A DNA stretch of 64,000 nucleotides from Eledone cirrhosa. Taxonomy: Eukaryota. The notes beneath the pieces were generated by a model. The model made no database searches. It saw only the letters and a list, made by a program, of their open reading frames with translations, and was not told the origin of the DNA. Positions within the stretch are counted from its first letter, which is position 1. Every line of letters begins with the position of its first letter. The translations under genes were made by a program, and so were the position numbers. Location of the stretch: contig OZ024741.1 of assembly GCA_964016885.1 (NCBI GenBank), forward strand, positions 52,142,001 through 52,206,000, read 5' to 3'. Positions 40,081 to 53,576 of the stretch are shown in pieces.

Positions 40081-40115
<35 letters not shown>

Positions 40116-40277
40116 AAGGTTAAACAAGGTTCAATGAATAAATGAAAGAATGAGTTTTACAATAGATTGGAAGCACTCCACATTATGGTTTTCCGGAGTT
40201 ATTAATATTAATTCAAAATATTAACAAAAATAGAGATTCATTGATCACATGAATCTCTATTTTTGCTAATATTTTGA

Positions 40278-40328
<51 letters not shown>

Positions 40329-40344
40329 TATGTATATATATGTG

Positions 40345-40425
<81 letters not shown>

Positions 40426-40728
40426 TATATAGATAGATATGTCACATGCATAAGCAAAATGAATGCTTCACCTTCGATGGAGGGATGATTTAAGAAAAAG
40501 AATATATATATATATATGTATATATGGATATATATATATATATATATATATATAGTAATAAGAATATTTATATTTATATATGTTTAATACAATTATAAAT
40601 ATGGAGGGTAGTACTAAGTACTAGCCTGTTACCAGTATGACAAAAGGGTCAGTGCAAATTTTCAAGTGTTTTACAGAGCCGAGATACAAAGTGTTAAAAC
40701 GATCAAACGTTAGTTTAGAACATTTATT

Positions 40729-40775
40729 TGCTGACAATTGTTTCTTCCAGAGGCAAGTCTGGATTCATCGGAGCA
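40729..40775 (-). ncRNA. Minimal hammerhead motif, U4C variant
   Basis: tgct-CCGATGA-a-tccaga(cttgcc)tctgga-a-GAAA-caattg-TC-agca, followed by aataaa. Confidence 0.7.
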
Positions 40776-41149
40776 TAGGGAATGTCAAAACATGTGACTA
40801 AAATCCTAGTCATTCAGAACATTTAGGGTATATAATTGTTGTTAGTGTCATAGACATCATGTGGAGAGTCAGGAGTTAAAAAGATGTTATGCTTGAGAGA
40901 ACACAATTACAGGCACCACTGGTTGAAGGTGTAAGAGGCATAAACAATTTCAACTGCATTAGAACTCTTTATTCATACATGCCTTATTGAGTGTATTGAC
41001 TCCTGCGGTGTACACCCATAACATTAACTGTTCTCCAATGTTAAGATATCTTATATCTTATATCTTATGTCTATCTTATCCCGCATTTTTCCTTGCTTAT
41101 AACCTTTTTGCCTGTACTTTTTGCTTATACCTCTTACACTTTCAACCAG

Positions 41150-42015
41150 TGCTGCGGTGTGGTGGTGTGGTGGTGTGGTGGTGTGGTGGTGTGGTGGTGT
41201 GGTGGCGTGGAGGTGTGGTGATGTGGTAGTGTGATGGTGTGGCGGTGTGGTGTTGAGAAGGTGTGGTAGTGTGATGGTGTTGTGGTATGGTGGTGTGGTG
41301 GTGTGGCGGTGTGGTGGTGTGATCGTGTGGTGGTCAGGTGGTGCGGTAGTGTGGTGGTGTGATGATGGAGTGACATGCATGTTTTGTGGAGGTGTGATGG
41401 TGTTGTGGTATGGTGGTGTGGTGGTGAGGCGATGTGGTAGTGTGGTGGTGTGGTGGTGCGCATGTTTTGTGTGACGGTATGTGTGTTTTGCGATGGAGTG
41501 GTGTGATGGTGTCGCGGTGTGATGGTGTAACAGTGTGGTGGTGTGGAGGTGTAGTGATGTGTATGTTTTATAGTGGTGTGGCGGTATGCATGTTTTAGGT
41601 GGGGTGCCGGTTTTGTGGAGGTGTGGTGTGAGTTTTGTGGTTGTGTGGTGGTGTGCATGTTTTGTAATCGTGTGGCGGTGTGCATGCTTTGTGGTGGTGT
41701 ATTGCTGTGTATGTATTCTGGCGGTGTGGCGATGTGCATGTTTTGTAGTGGCGTGGTGGTATGCATGTTTTTTGGTGTGGTTGTATGGAAGTGTAGTGGT
41801 GTATATATTTTGTGGTGGGGTGCATGTTTTCTGGCGGTGTGGTGGTGTGGTAATGTGGTGGTGTGGTAGTGTGGTGTGGTGGTGTGGTGGTGTGGTAGTG
41901 TGGTGGTGTGGTGGTGTGGTGGTGTGGTAGTGTGGTAGTGTGGTAGTGTGGTGGTGTGGTGGTGTGGTGGTGTGGTGGTGTGGTGGTGTGATGGTGTGGT
42001 GGTGTGGTGGTGTGC
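41150..42015. repeat. Degenerate (GGTGT/GGT)n G-rich tandem repeat
   Basis: Directly visible. Confidence 0.9.
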
Positions 42016-42199
42016 ATGTTTTTATGGTAAAGTCAAATAAACAGTTGGTGGTAGAAAATTCGAGATTCTAAGATGTATTAGAAATATGTACAACACAAGG
42101 TTAATGACCTGAGGATTAGTTTATCAGTTAGCGTCTTTAAATAATTATTAGTTAGGTGAGATGAAAGAATGGTATTTAACTAATGTATTGGTACGCGAT

Positions 42200-43050
42200 G
42201 GGGCCCACCCACAGCCCAGGCGGACAGAATGGAGAAGGCGTTTCCCCGGAGGATTGCAAGTGAGACGCGCTGGAAAAGTCACTCCAACTCGCGGGCCTCA
42301 CACCTACGGCTGGCCAGCTCAACGCCTATGGTGGTGAGTAAGGATGTAGCCCTGGGGCCGAGGACACCAGAAGTTTCCACTGCCAAGGGAACGACCGCAA
42401 ACCTGTCGGAGAGCGACCGGTATTTGAGGAGTTTGGCCCCCACAGCCCGACGTGAACCTGGGTCAGTCGCAGACTGCACCAGGTTGCAGCTGCAGAAAGT
42501 GTCGGTGCAAGTGGCACCGCAGAACGGGAAGATGGCCATGCCATCTGGCCTTTTGCCGTCCTCTCGATCCAGCCCCACCGGCTCGAGCTGGGAAGGGAAG
42601 CCTGCAGCGTCCAAGCCATGCATAATGACCTCGTTGAGGGCAGTATGGCGTGGAATGCGGCCGGCACTGTGGCGACAGGAAAGCGGGTGGAGGCCGAAAG
42701 GGTCCACGGTGGAACCGCAGCGACATTGGTGTGGCTGGCCGATCCGGAGGCCGAGCTTCAGGGAAACGCCGATTCACAGGCTATGGTTGTCTAGCTGCGT
42801 GCCAGTGGAGAAAGAGGGCAGATCGTGGAGCCAGGCACCTGTGGGGTTTGGAGGCCGCACGAAAACAAGCAAGGCGGTGCTGGTCGAGCTGGCGCGTGAG
42901 CCTGTCTGAGGCCAGGCTGCACTGGATGGCATCCCAAATGCGTTGGGGGTACTTGACGTCAACAGGGGGAGAAGGAGGAGGGACGTCTACTGGGCTAAGT
43001 CCCAGCCGGTCCGACGTCTCACAGGTGGCCTCACGTTCTCTGAACACAGA
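42200..43050 (-). pseudogene. CRE-clade non-LTR retrotransposon 3' portion (CCHC + RLE)
   Basis: GAWLHDLPS..TGTQLD, GLHPLSC...GRIPRHTALNEVI...EPVGL.REDGKRPDG, VPLAVETSGVLG. Confidence 0.78.
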
Positions 43051-43583
43051 GGGTTCTGTTGTGTTAATAAGAGTTATGCTTGTCAGCCAGTGTCGGTGGG
43101 GGAACGATGTGGACAGTATTGCTGATGGCGACGGTAGATAGAATGGTATATATTGAACTTTGCTTTTATTGTTGTTGAATTTCATATAATTCATGTTACT
43201 CATTAGAGACTTAAAGAAAACAATCTATTCAAGCATGGGAGCTCATCATTAATTTCATTTGTTCGGTATAACAAGCGCTGTACCACTTGGTTAATAATGT
43301 TAATTCACGAAAAACCAGAGACAACAGCATTTTTTAATGGTGTAGCCATGTGGCCCCGTTGCTAAGAATTTCGCTTTGCAACCTTCGTAGTTTCAAGTTA
43401 GGACTTTAAAACTCCTTTAGGCGGCAATTCATGCAAGTGTTTTCTACTGTAGCTTAGTACTGAAATTTATACTTTGACTATGTGGAAGCCTGGAATATAT
43501 ATATATATGGCTTCTACAGGACTCGAACTGATTCATTCCAAGGAAATCGTCACTTACTGTGGTTTTCCCCGATTGAACCCGGG

Positions 43584-43682
<99 letters not shown>

Positions 43683-44078
43683 TTGGTGCTCTGAAATAGC
43701 AATATATATATGAATGTATATATAGTGTATTTTGCAATACACTGTATGCTTAATTAAAAGCATTTCGTTTGCTGAAAATTAAAGTAAGTGAGACTGTCAC
43801 TACTCTAAAACAATAGCGTAAGGTCTTCGAAATGCTTTTAATTAAGCATACAGTGTATTGCAAAATACACTATATATACATTCATATATATATAACGAAG
43901 AAAGTGTGGTAAGGAACCAGGTGGACCATAACGCACCAGAGTACTCAATACTTTGTGTAGTAGAGTGGGTAATAGGAAAAGAGTCAGAACCTCGACGGTA
44001 GTCTCAAACCGTTTCGACAGCGTCCAGAAATAGCTGTCGAAACGGCTTGAGCTCTGCCGTCGGGGTTCTAACTCTTTT

Positions 44079-44136
<58 letters not shown>

Positions 44137-44149
44137 TGTAGATAAAACA

Positions 44150-45020
44150 CTCAATTGCCTTAAATTTAATATAAATACATCCATATCAAACAGAAAATAT
44201 ATTAAAAAAATATTACTAACATTATTTAATATACCTAAACTAATCCCATACATCTGTTCGAAATTTCAAAGAAAAAAATCCACGAAGCATCTTGATCAAA
44301 ATAAACAAGACAAAAATAATGGATTTCAAGATAGACATTTTCAGTAGGAATTGTCTTAGAACTAGTACCAAAAAATATAACTTATAACTTGTCCATAAAG
44401 AGATCAGTTGAATAACCGACTCGTCGCCGTAGCAATAATCGGCAAATGACACCAAGCTGGAATAAAAGTTACTACATGTGCTTTTTGGCGTTATATGGAC
44501 AGTAAAAACGTTGATGAGAGAGCTAGAAAAAGCTCAACTCATTCAAATAGACCGTCACAACTAAAATATAGGAGCAGTATATAAAAATAATTCGAAATAA
44601 AATCAACTCAAATTCGTTGTTCTATGAAAGTTCAATGGAAGTAAGATTTAAAACAAAACATTCCAGAGTTCATTTACACAAGAATATTACAGAGAACAAA
44701 ATAATTATATAACGTAATACATTATATACGGGTTCGAAAGCAATCAGAATAAAAAAAAAGAAATTACTTACATTACATATACCTAAACTAATCCTATACA
44801 GCTGTTTCAAATTTCGAAGAAAAACCCCACGAGCTACTAGTACCACAAAGTATAATTTGTCCATTAAGGATATCAGTTAAAAAACTGACTCGTCTAGAGT
44901 AGCAATATCAACAAATTACATCAAATAAGAATAAAAGCTAACTATGTGTGCTTTTTGGCGTCATGTGGAGAGTAAAAAAGTTGATGAAAGAGCTAGAAAT
45001 AGCTCATCAACTCATTCAAA
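44150..45020. repeat. Diverged partial tandem duplication (44170-44550 and 44730-45020)
   Basis: Shared atacctaaactaatcc, ctagtacca, gactcgtc and tgtgctttttggcgt...gagctagaaa blocks. Confidence 0.75.
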
Positions 45021-45077
45021 AGAGCAGCCCACTCATTATATATGTTTTATGAATATAGTTTCCATTTATTTAATATC

Positions 45078-45143
<66 letters not shown>

Positions 45144-45215
45144 GCACTTTCATATACATGCATATATGTAGGTGCGTGTTTGTGTGTATGCATGTGTACG
45201 TGTATGTACATGCGC

Positions 45216-45252
<37 letters not shown>

Positions 45253-45283
45253 TATATATGCACAAGCATATACACACACACAG

Positions 45284-45362
<79 letters not shown>

Positions 45363-45634
45363 AGCATGTACACACACGTGCACATGCCTACACACACACA
45401 CGCACCTGCATATAAGTGTAGTATTGACATGAGTGTTTACCTTAGAACTAAGAAGCCGGACTTAGTATTTGAAATAATGTCGGTTCAACCGTTCGATCAC
45501 CGATATTGACGTCATATTTCAATGATATGATTCACCGAAAGAAAGAGAGAAGGAAATCAAGAAAATAAACGGAAGGGAAAACAGAAAGAAAGAAAAAATT
45601 ACAAAGTAAAAAAAATAAAAAAAATGTGCCGAAT

Positions 45635-45745
<111 letters not shown>

Positions 45746-45924
45746 GTAGATAGAGAGAGGGGGAGAAGGAAAGTGAGAAATGGAGATAATAGAGATAGAG
45801 ATAGATAGAGTGAGAAAGAGAGATATAGAGAGGGAGAAAGAGAAAGAGAGGGCGAGAACAGAAATAGATACAGATAGAGAGATAGATAGATAGAGGAAGT
45901 GAGAAAGAGATAAATAAATAGATA

Positions 45925-46320
45925 TGTTTCTTTATTAGCCACAGGAGCACAAAAGAGGGGGACAATTACAAAGGGGGGAGCTTATATACAATAAAAACGT
46001 GTAAAATGTTATCACAATTGTAAATTAAAAGTTAATCGATGTTCCCCAATAGAGGGAGACAGTTCATATGGGTAGCACATACTCCCGAAAAAAATGTGCA
46101 ACCCTCATCTCCAGGAGTACGAAGAGTTTGTACCCCTTTCCTCTTTTCCTCTTTTTCCTCAACCTACAGGCTGATATAGAGAAGGCCCATTCACTCTGGC
46201 CATTCTCGCCACTTTCACCCACCTTTCATAAAACTTGCTGGGGTACAGCACCTCTCTCTCCATCCTGACTCTTCTTCCAAAGTGGTATTTGAAAAAAAGA
46301 ATCGTAAACAAATAGATCAA
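45925..46320 (-). mobile_element. Tx1 3' end fragment
   Basis: FFKYHFGRRVRMEREVLY..FYERWV.VARMARVNGP matches 31660-31790, and a 3' UTR follows. Confidence 0.8.
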
Positions 46321-46710
46321 TATATAGATAGAATGATATATATAGCTTTCGCCTAAATAGACGGAAGCTGCTTTCTCGATCCGCATCTCTGGACCCAGAA
46401 ATCGGCTTCCAGAAGAAGTAGTCAACGCGCCAACCACGAAACAATTCAAGGCGAAATTGGACCGGTTCCGACTGTGTAAATTTTGCCCCTCTCCCCTCCT
46501 TACATGGCATCTGAAGCATCTATGTTTTATTTTGTACCAAATATATTGAATTGAATTGAATTGAATATATATATATATATATATTGGAAAATGTGTGAGA
46601 TCCTTGGTACAGTTAGGTATATTTGGAAAAAAGTAAAAGAATGACTTCACTTGTAGTGTTAAAAAATTTATGATTTAATGTTATAATATAATATTATAAT
46701 ATTATGACTT

Positions 46711-46765
<55 letters not shown>

Positions 46766-46990
46766 TATCACAGAAAAAAGAGAATCAGTGTTGCGACGAA
46801 AGGAATTTATTGGACATAGTACAATTGTTTCTCGGGCGACCAGCTCGAGGCACGATCGATGTGGTGATCAAACCTGACTCTGAAATTACGCGGTCCTCGG
46901 ATGCGTTTCGATTCTACGAAGCAGATTTTCCTATTGTCCTTTAACATCGAATTCCTTCGTTTGGAATTCGATGTTAAAGGAGAATAGGAA

Positions 46991-47470
46991 GCAATAGTTC
47001 TTTCGGATTTCTTTTAGCCACACTGCATCTTGGTTGAAATTCTTCTTTTCACTCCATATTTTGCTCCAAAAGGAATTTATGTCTTTCTGGGATGGGGCCT
47101 CAGTGACACTTATTATTTTGTTCTTCATATCTCTATAGACTGATGTTTGGTTTCGTCTGAATCTTTTATTAAGCACTTTTCTCTCATCTACCTTCTTCAG
47201 GTATCGGCGTTTTTCGCTAACTGCTCTCAATTCTTGTTTGAGGGTGATCAGAAGAGTTCTGGTTCTACTGTTACGAAACATCGTCTCTATTTTATTTTTC
47301 ACTCTTTGTTGGTGAGGAGTGAATTTTTTTTTAGTTTGTTTGCATGTAAGGAGCATTGTCACATATCCTATGGTTTTTCGTAGGTCAGTAATCTTTTTTT
47401 CTATTTTAGTTATATATGATGGTATTTTTGGTGGTGTTTTGTTCTTGTTATTATTTCTGCTAACACCAAG
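46991..47470 (-). pseudogene. R4/Dong N-terminal fragment
   Basis: LKQELRAVSEKRRY...NKRFRRNQ...FWSKIW parallels LKQRIVAKSPKIRRY...FWRGIW. Confidence 0.72.
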
Positions 47471-47711
47471 ATAATGTTTCACAGTCGTTGCTAAGGCATA
47501 TAAACAGGCGTTCACACATGCACACCCACACATTCTTATAAATATACATACATTGTATGAATAATGTTTATTTAGTGAAGTACGTTTGAACAGGAAACAA
47601 TATGGCTGCTCTCTAACGTAGTGATTGAAATGTAAGACGAAGGCAACACAAATTTACTGATTGGTATATGTGATTATACGCTGTTAGAATAAGCTTTATT
47701 TACTGTAGTAA

Positions 47712-47772
<61 letters not shown>

Positions 47773-47819
47773 ATATATACATATACACATACACAAACAC
47801 ACATATATATATATATAAG

Positions 47820-47860
<41 letters not shown>

Positions 47861-47863
47861 CAC

Positions 47864-47900
<37 letters not shown>

Positions 47901-47948
47901 ATATATATGTATATATAGAGAGAGAGATAGATATAATATATATATATA

Positions 47949-48079
<131 letters not shown>

Positions 48080-48140
48080 TATATATAACTTTGATAACTT
48101 CGATAGGTTTTGATCAGTATTGGCCCAGGCCATGTCTAAC

Positions 48141-50130
48141 TTAATAGCACCACCTGGCGAAGTCTTTCAAATCAGGATTTGGACACCATGGCCCACTCAA
48201 GTAGAGAGTTATTGTTTGCAGACACATATCCGGGTGTAGGAGGTTCATCCGGGATTTCTTGAAAGACTTGAACTTTATGCGGTCTGTTTCTGTTATAATG
48301 CGTTTTGGTATAATGTTGAAGAGAGCAGGGCCAATAGAGGTGAAATAATTGTGCCGTATTGTTATGAGATGCGAGTGTGAGTTTTGTTGTGGGTGGACAG
48401 TACGGGACCCAAGTCTTGGGTGTAGTTTAAAGGTGATGCCAATACTATTTGGGCAATACTGACGGAATATTTTCCACATCATGCAGATAATGTAGCGCTC
48501 AGGGCGGCGTCGGAGGGAATAAAGTTTGAGTTTTTCTAGTCGACCGCAATAGTCAAGGCCTGTCATGCCATCTATCTTTTTCATGATTGACCTTTGAGGA
48601 GCTTCAACTTTCATGATACTTTGTTTCGTGTGGGGAGACCACAGTGGATAACAGTATTCAAGGTGGGGTCGGACGAAAGTGGAGAAGAGATGGATAATGG
48701 TGTAGATATCTCTCGACTGGAATTTTCTGAGAATCCAGGAACACATTCTGCGGGCCATGTCAACTTTGCTGTTTATATGAGTGGCCCAGCTTATGTTGTT
48801 GTCCACCATTACTCCCAAGTCTCTGATGTTGTTGGATGCCACGAGAATTTCACCTGAAGGAACCGAGTATGGGAATTTCAGGTTATCCTCTTTTCCAAAG
48901 TGGATTGACTCAAATTTATCCTCGTTCAACAGCATATTGTTCTTTTCCGCCCATTGGATAACAGCCAGTAGATCGGATTGGAGGCATATCTGGTCACTCA
49001 CGCCATTGATGATCTTCTGGAGCTTGGAATCCTCTACGAAAATGTTAATGCCACTGTTCTTGATGATGTCAATAATGTTATTAATATAGATAATGAAAAG
49101 AAGTGGGCCCAACAAAGTACCTTGTGGAATGCCACTACTGACTTTGGCTGGATTTTACTCCGATTACAACATGTTGGGCTCTGTTTGACAGGAAACACTT
49201 GATCTACTGCAACAACTTTCCAGTGACACCGATGGTGGATAGCTTTCTCAGTAGAATGTTATGATCAATCCTGTAAAATGCTTTGTTGAAATCAAGGTAG
49301 ATGACATCAGTGTTGGAACCCTCTCCGAAAGCTCTCAAAATGTCATGAAAGTGTTGTAGTAGCTGCGTTAGGCAATTCCATCCATTACGAGAAAGTGAGT
49401 TATTCGTGATCTCACCACCCTCTCAAATACCTTGATGATATGAGAGGTGAGTGAGATCGGGCGGTAATTCACGGCAAGGGATTTATTTCCCTTGCCGAAA
49501 ACTGAGACAAAAGACTGGGGTAGTAAGGGTTTTGGTATATATCCAGCATCCAGTGAGTTCCTCCATAGATAAGCAAGAGGAGATGCAAGTTGGTGTTGAC
49601 ACACCTTCAAGACACAAGCAGGAAACCTATCGGGGCCTACTGCTGAATTGTGTGTAGTTTCTTTTATTGCCGCTAAGACATCATGGGCGCCAAACGTTAT
49701 GTCCGATATAGCGTGTTGGGGATTAACATCACTGATACAGCCCAGATCAGCCATATCAGGATTACTGGAAACAGAGCAGTATTATTTCTTCAGTATCTCA
49801 CCCATAGTTTTAGCAATGTCTTGGAGAGTGCCATTTTCATCAATTAGAGGTCCGATAATGGAGCCAGTGACTTTGTGCTTTTTCGCAAATGAAAAGAACA
49901 TTTGGGATTGAGTTTGATTCTCTCAATGGCCAAGGCTTCTTCATCTGCTCTTTGATTGTTGATGATGGACGTCATGGTGTTTTGGAGGTTGTGTTTTTTA
50001 GATTGTAGTGATGTAATGGCAGTAACATGGATGCGTTGCTGCTGGCAGTATTTCAGTTTGTTGATTTTTTTTGTTAATTCTTTTAATTTTTCTGATAAGT
50101 GTTCTATTTCTAGGGATTCTGCACTTAGAT
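48141..50130 (-). pseudogene. CR1-group LINE ORF2 (RT) fragment
   Basis: NYRPISLTSHIIKVFERVV, GIPQGTLLGPLLFIIYIN, FVEDSKL, IRDLGV, VRPHLEYC.PLWSPH. Confidence 0.88.
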
Positions 50131-50131
50131 T

Positions 50132-50193
<62 letters not shown>

Positions 50194-50199
50194 GAAAAC

Positions 50200-50495
50200 A
50201 TGGCGTGCTGCGTGGCGTGGTTGCAAATGGGTTACATATGAATAAATTTAGTCCTTCATTGGTATTTCATCGCTTTAAAGATCATATACATCTGGTTGGT
50301 GCTAGCAACGGCTAAAGAAAGTCGTTGGGACACGTAAATAAGGGAGACGAGCGAGACAGTAAACAAACAAAGATGGTAATGCAACGAAAAGTGAGGAAGA
50401 AGGAGTCAAGTCCCTGAAATCGATGAACATAAGTTCTGTGAAATCGTGGACGAGAGAGAATAAAGACCATCAAACCTGGTCGAAATGTGAGTAAG
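50200..50495. mobile_element. Dispersed repeat next to (TA)n (also ~38640-38915, and inverted at ~55205-55530)
   Basis: Shared gcgtggttgc..atgggtta...ccttcattggtatttcatcgctttaaagatcatatac. Confidence 0.7.
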
Positions 50496-50500
50496 GAAAG

Positions 50501-50712
<212 letters not shown>

Positions 50713-50809
50713 GAGATGTCAACATGAATGGACCTATTATTTTTATCTATAGACATTTTTTCCAATTCCATCCCGCCCGTCCCCTTAATCTATTTTATTT
50801 CTCATACTT

Positions 50810-50845
50810 TCTTCTGGTGAAGGATTAGCATCCGAAACGTTAAGA
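50810..50845 (+). ncRNA. Decayed minimal hammerhead (A6G)
   Basis: tctt-CTGGTGA-a-gga(ttagca)tcc-GAAA-cg-TT-aaga; lies in a repeat that has an inverted copy at 51066-51257. Confidence 0.55.
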
Positions 50846-51588
50846 CCCTCTTTCTGCTATATCAAGCGTTAACCTAATATATACCTTCCATATACTGCAC
50901 CGATTGTGTTGTTATTTCTGTTTACCTTTTACATATATATATATATATAAATATTTGCTCTACGGTTCTTATATATTTGATATATATTTATCCTTATCGA
51001 GCCCTCTTTGGATTTTAGTCTTCAAATTTATTATTATTACTATATATATATATATATATATATGTATGTAAAAGGTAAACAGAAATAACAACACAATCGG
51101 TACAGTATAAGGAAGGGATATATTAGGTTAACGCTTGATATAGCAGGAAGAGGGTCTCAACGTTTCGGAATAAGATCGATTGAGGGGACGGGCGGGTTGG
51201 AATTGGAAAAAATATCTTTAGATGAAAATAATAGGTCCATTCATGTTGACATCTCTTGCAAAACTGTTGGTGCTGGCGTTTTGTGTATAATTTATTTTTT
51301 AGAAAAGTGGATGATGGAGCGCGTCTACCTGAAATGGAAAAAACCGTTTTGTAAAAAGAGTTATACTTGTGCACGTGCGTAAGCATTCGTTCGCGCGTGT
51401 GTGTGTGTTATTATACGTCCGTACGAAGCTTAGAAGAATTGTGTGTGTATATGTGAGTAAAAGAGTGTGTATGCATGTAAGTACGAAGCTATGGGCAAAA
51501 GCATGTTAATATAAGGGTGCGTATGTGTGTATACAGAGCAGTGAAGGGAAAAGTGGAGTGAGCATATATATAGTCGGTCTGTATTAGT

Positions 51589-51623
<35 letters not shown>

Positions 51624-51766
51624 AGTATATGTTGGTTATTTACCGGCACCTCAGTATGCAGAAGGGAGCACTCGACGAAGTGCGCAGGTTGGTTTGGTTA
51701 CTCCGGAGTAATGTAAAATAAACTAAAATAAATAAGTCAAATATTTAAAATTTGGCTTCATTTATT

Positions 51767-51821
51767 ACTGCTATATATATTTCGGTGACAGCCATCTTTT
51801 GCTGTGACCTCTTCAGGCAGT
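51767..51821 (-). ncRNA. Type I hammerhead ribozyme motif
   Basis: actgc-CTGAAGA-ggtcacagc(aaaagatg)gctgtcacc-GAAA-tatata-TA-gcagt-aataaa. Confidence 0.82.
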
Positions 51822-52920
51822 CTAAATTAGTGTGGTAGAGACGAGTACACATGTTGTTGAGGTGTTTAACTTTGTCAATACTCTGATATGACCAGTTCCT
51901 GGTTGGGTTGTTGTTTCTATGAGCAACTGGAGTTATATGAATTTAAATAATCGAATTTCAGCGTCAAAGGGCATCCTCTCCTCTCATTGGTCAGTTGTGA
52001 GAACATTCCTCAGTCAAAAGTCTATAGAAATTTGTTCTGAGGCGAGGCAATCTGTAGTGGTTGTTTTTGTTATTGTTAAGTACATCTCACCTCTACCCTT
52101 ATGTTGGTGGTCGTGTTGGTGCTGGGATCAGACTAAAGTCCTGCTGCTGTTGATTTTAGAAGGATCTGTGTGTGTGTGTTGGCATCTATCCTGCCACCAT
52201 TTCTCGTGGTGGTGGTGGGGGGGGGGGTGCCAAGCATATGAAGAAATAAAAGGCAATATTATGAAGAAAATAAAAAATAAAAAATAATTGATAAAAAAAA
52301 ATAATAGAATGAAATGAAAAAGTAAAAGACTAAAAAAAAGAATAAAATAAAATAAAGAAAAGTAGAGTAAAATAAAATGAAATAAAATAAGATAGTGTGT
52401 TGGCATACATCCTGCCACTATTTCTCGTGGTGGTGGTGGTGGTGGTGGTGGTGGGGGGGGGGGGTTGTGTCAAGCATATGAAGAAATAAAAGGCAATAAA
52501 GTGAAGAAAATAAAAAATAAATAAAGAATAAAATAATAAAAAAATGTAAACAATAGAATGAAATGAAAGGGTGAAAGACTAAAAAATAGGAATAAAATAA
52601 AGAAATAAAAAAGTAAAGTAGAGTAAAATGAAATAAAATAAGATAAAATAAAATATAATAATATAATATATGAACAAATAAGTAAACAAAAAAAATGATA
52701 AAATGGTAGAAGGAATAAGATGATAAAAGAATAAAATAAGATATTCAAATAAAATGTGTGTGTGTTATAACCAATCTCAAAGTTAGAAAGATTTGGAAGA
52801 TGTTGACCAAATTAGAAAGGCTGTGTCAGAATCAATCTCTAGACTATCATGGTGTGTTGCGTATTAAGAGCAGGTGAGACAAGGGTGGAGTGTAATAGCC
52901 AATAACCCGGGTGTCGAAAT

Positions 52921-52948
52921 CCGGAAATGCGGAGGACTACAGTTCCCA
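52921..52948 (+). promoter_or_regulatory. ETS-like CCGGAAAT plus ZNF143/THAP11-type ACTACAnTTCCCA motif
   Basis: ccggaaatgcggaggactacagttccca. Motif match only. Confidence 0.35.
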
Positions 52949-53398
52949 TTTTGGCATGGAGCTCATATTCGTGTCTGTCAACTCACATCGTTCCAAGCAC
53001 ACATGCACAGGCACAGGTCCAGTTGCATCCCCTATGCACACTCCCCCCCACACACACACATACGCACCCACACCCACTCTAAACCCCACCCCCACACACG
53101 CATACACACACGTACACATACATACACCCACCCACATATCCACGCGCACCCACCCACCAGCACACACACATATAAGTATCTGTGCATGTACAATCTTAAA
53201 TAAAAGTATCCATGTATGGGCATATGCATAGGTATATATATATATATAAAAGAAATAGCATTTCGCTTCAAGCATAGCTTTATACAATATGTATAAATAT
53301 TTCGTATCTCCAAAGAAATACAGTTTTAGGAAGCCGTAGCTATGCAAACACCGGGAGCTAACGCTCTCTGGTGATGTCCAGCAGAAGCAAGGGGGACA

Positions 53399-53442
53399 AC
53401 CGTCTATGCATTTCAGGCTTAACTGGCCTTCATCAGGACGGT
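53399..53442 (-). ncRNA. Minimal hammerhead ribozyme motif, intact
   Basis: accgtc-CTGATGA-aggc(cagttaa)gcct-GAAA-tgca-TA-gacggt. Confidence 0.85.
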
Positions 53443-53545
53443 CCCTCCCATCGCTTGCGACTGCTGGACTAGAAGACAGCTGAGAATATATACTTTCCTC
53501 GTCTGTGTAAATGAGGGGATTAATCTCATTTGTATATGAAGCTGC

Positions 53546-53576
<31 letters not shown>

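Larger units (their letters stand above)
39131..40087 (+). mobile_element. Non-autonomous HHR-bearing element: inverted 5' segment plus ~1.5 tandem 457-bp units, in (TA)n
   Basis: 39131-39417 is the reverse complement of 39695-39981; 39418-39630 equals 39875-40087. Confidence 0.88.

Noticed and set aside
41150-42200. CRE element targeting the (GGTGT)n array
   Set aside because: The second CRE copy is inserted in Tx1, so there is no support for specificity.
46810-46905. Hammerhead 3' half GAAA-caattg-TA on the minus strand
   Set aside because: No matching CUGANGA with a complementary stem I.
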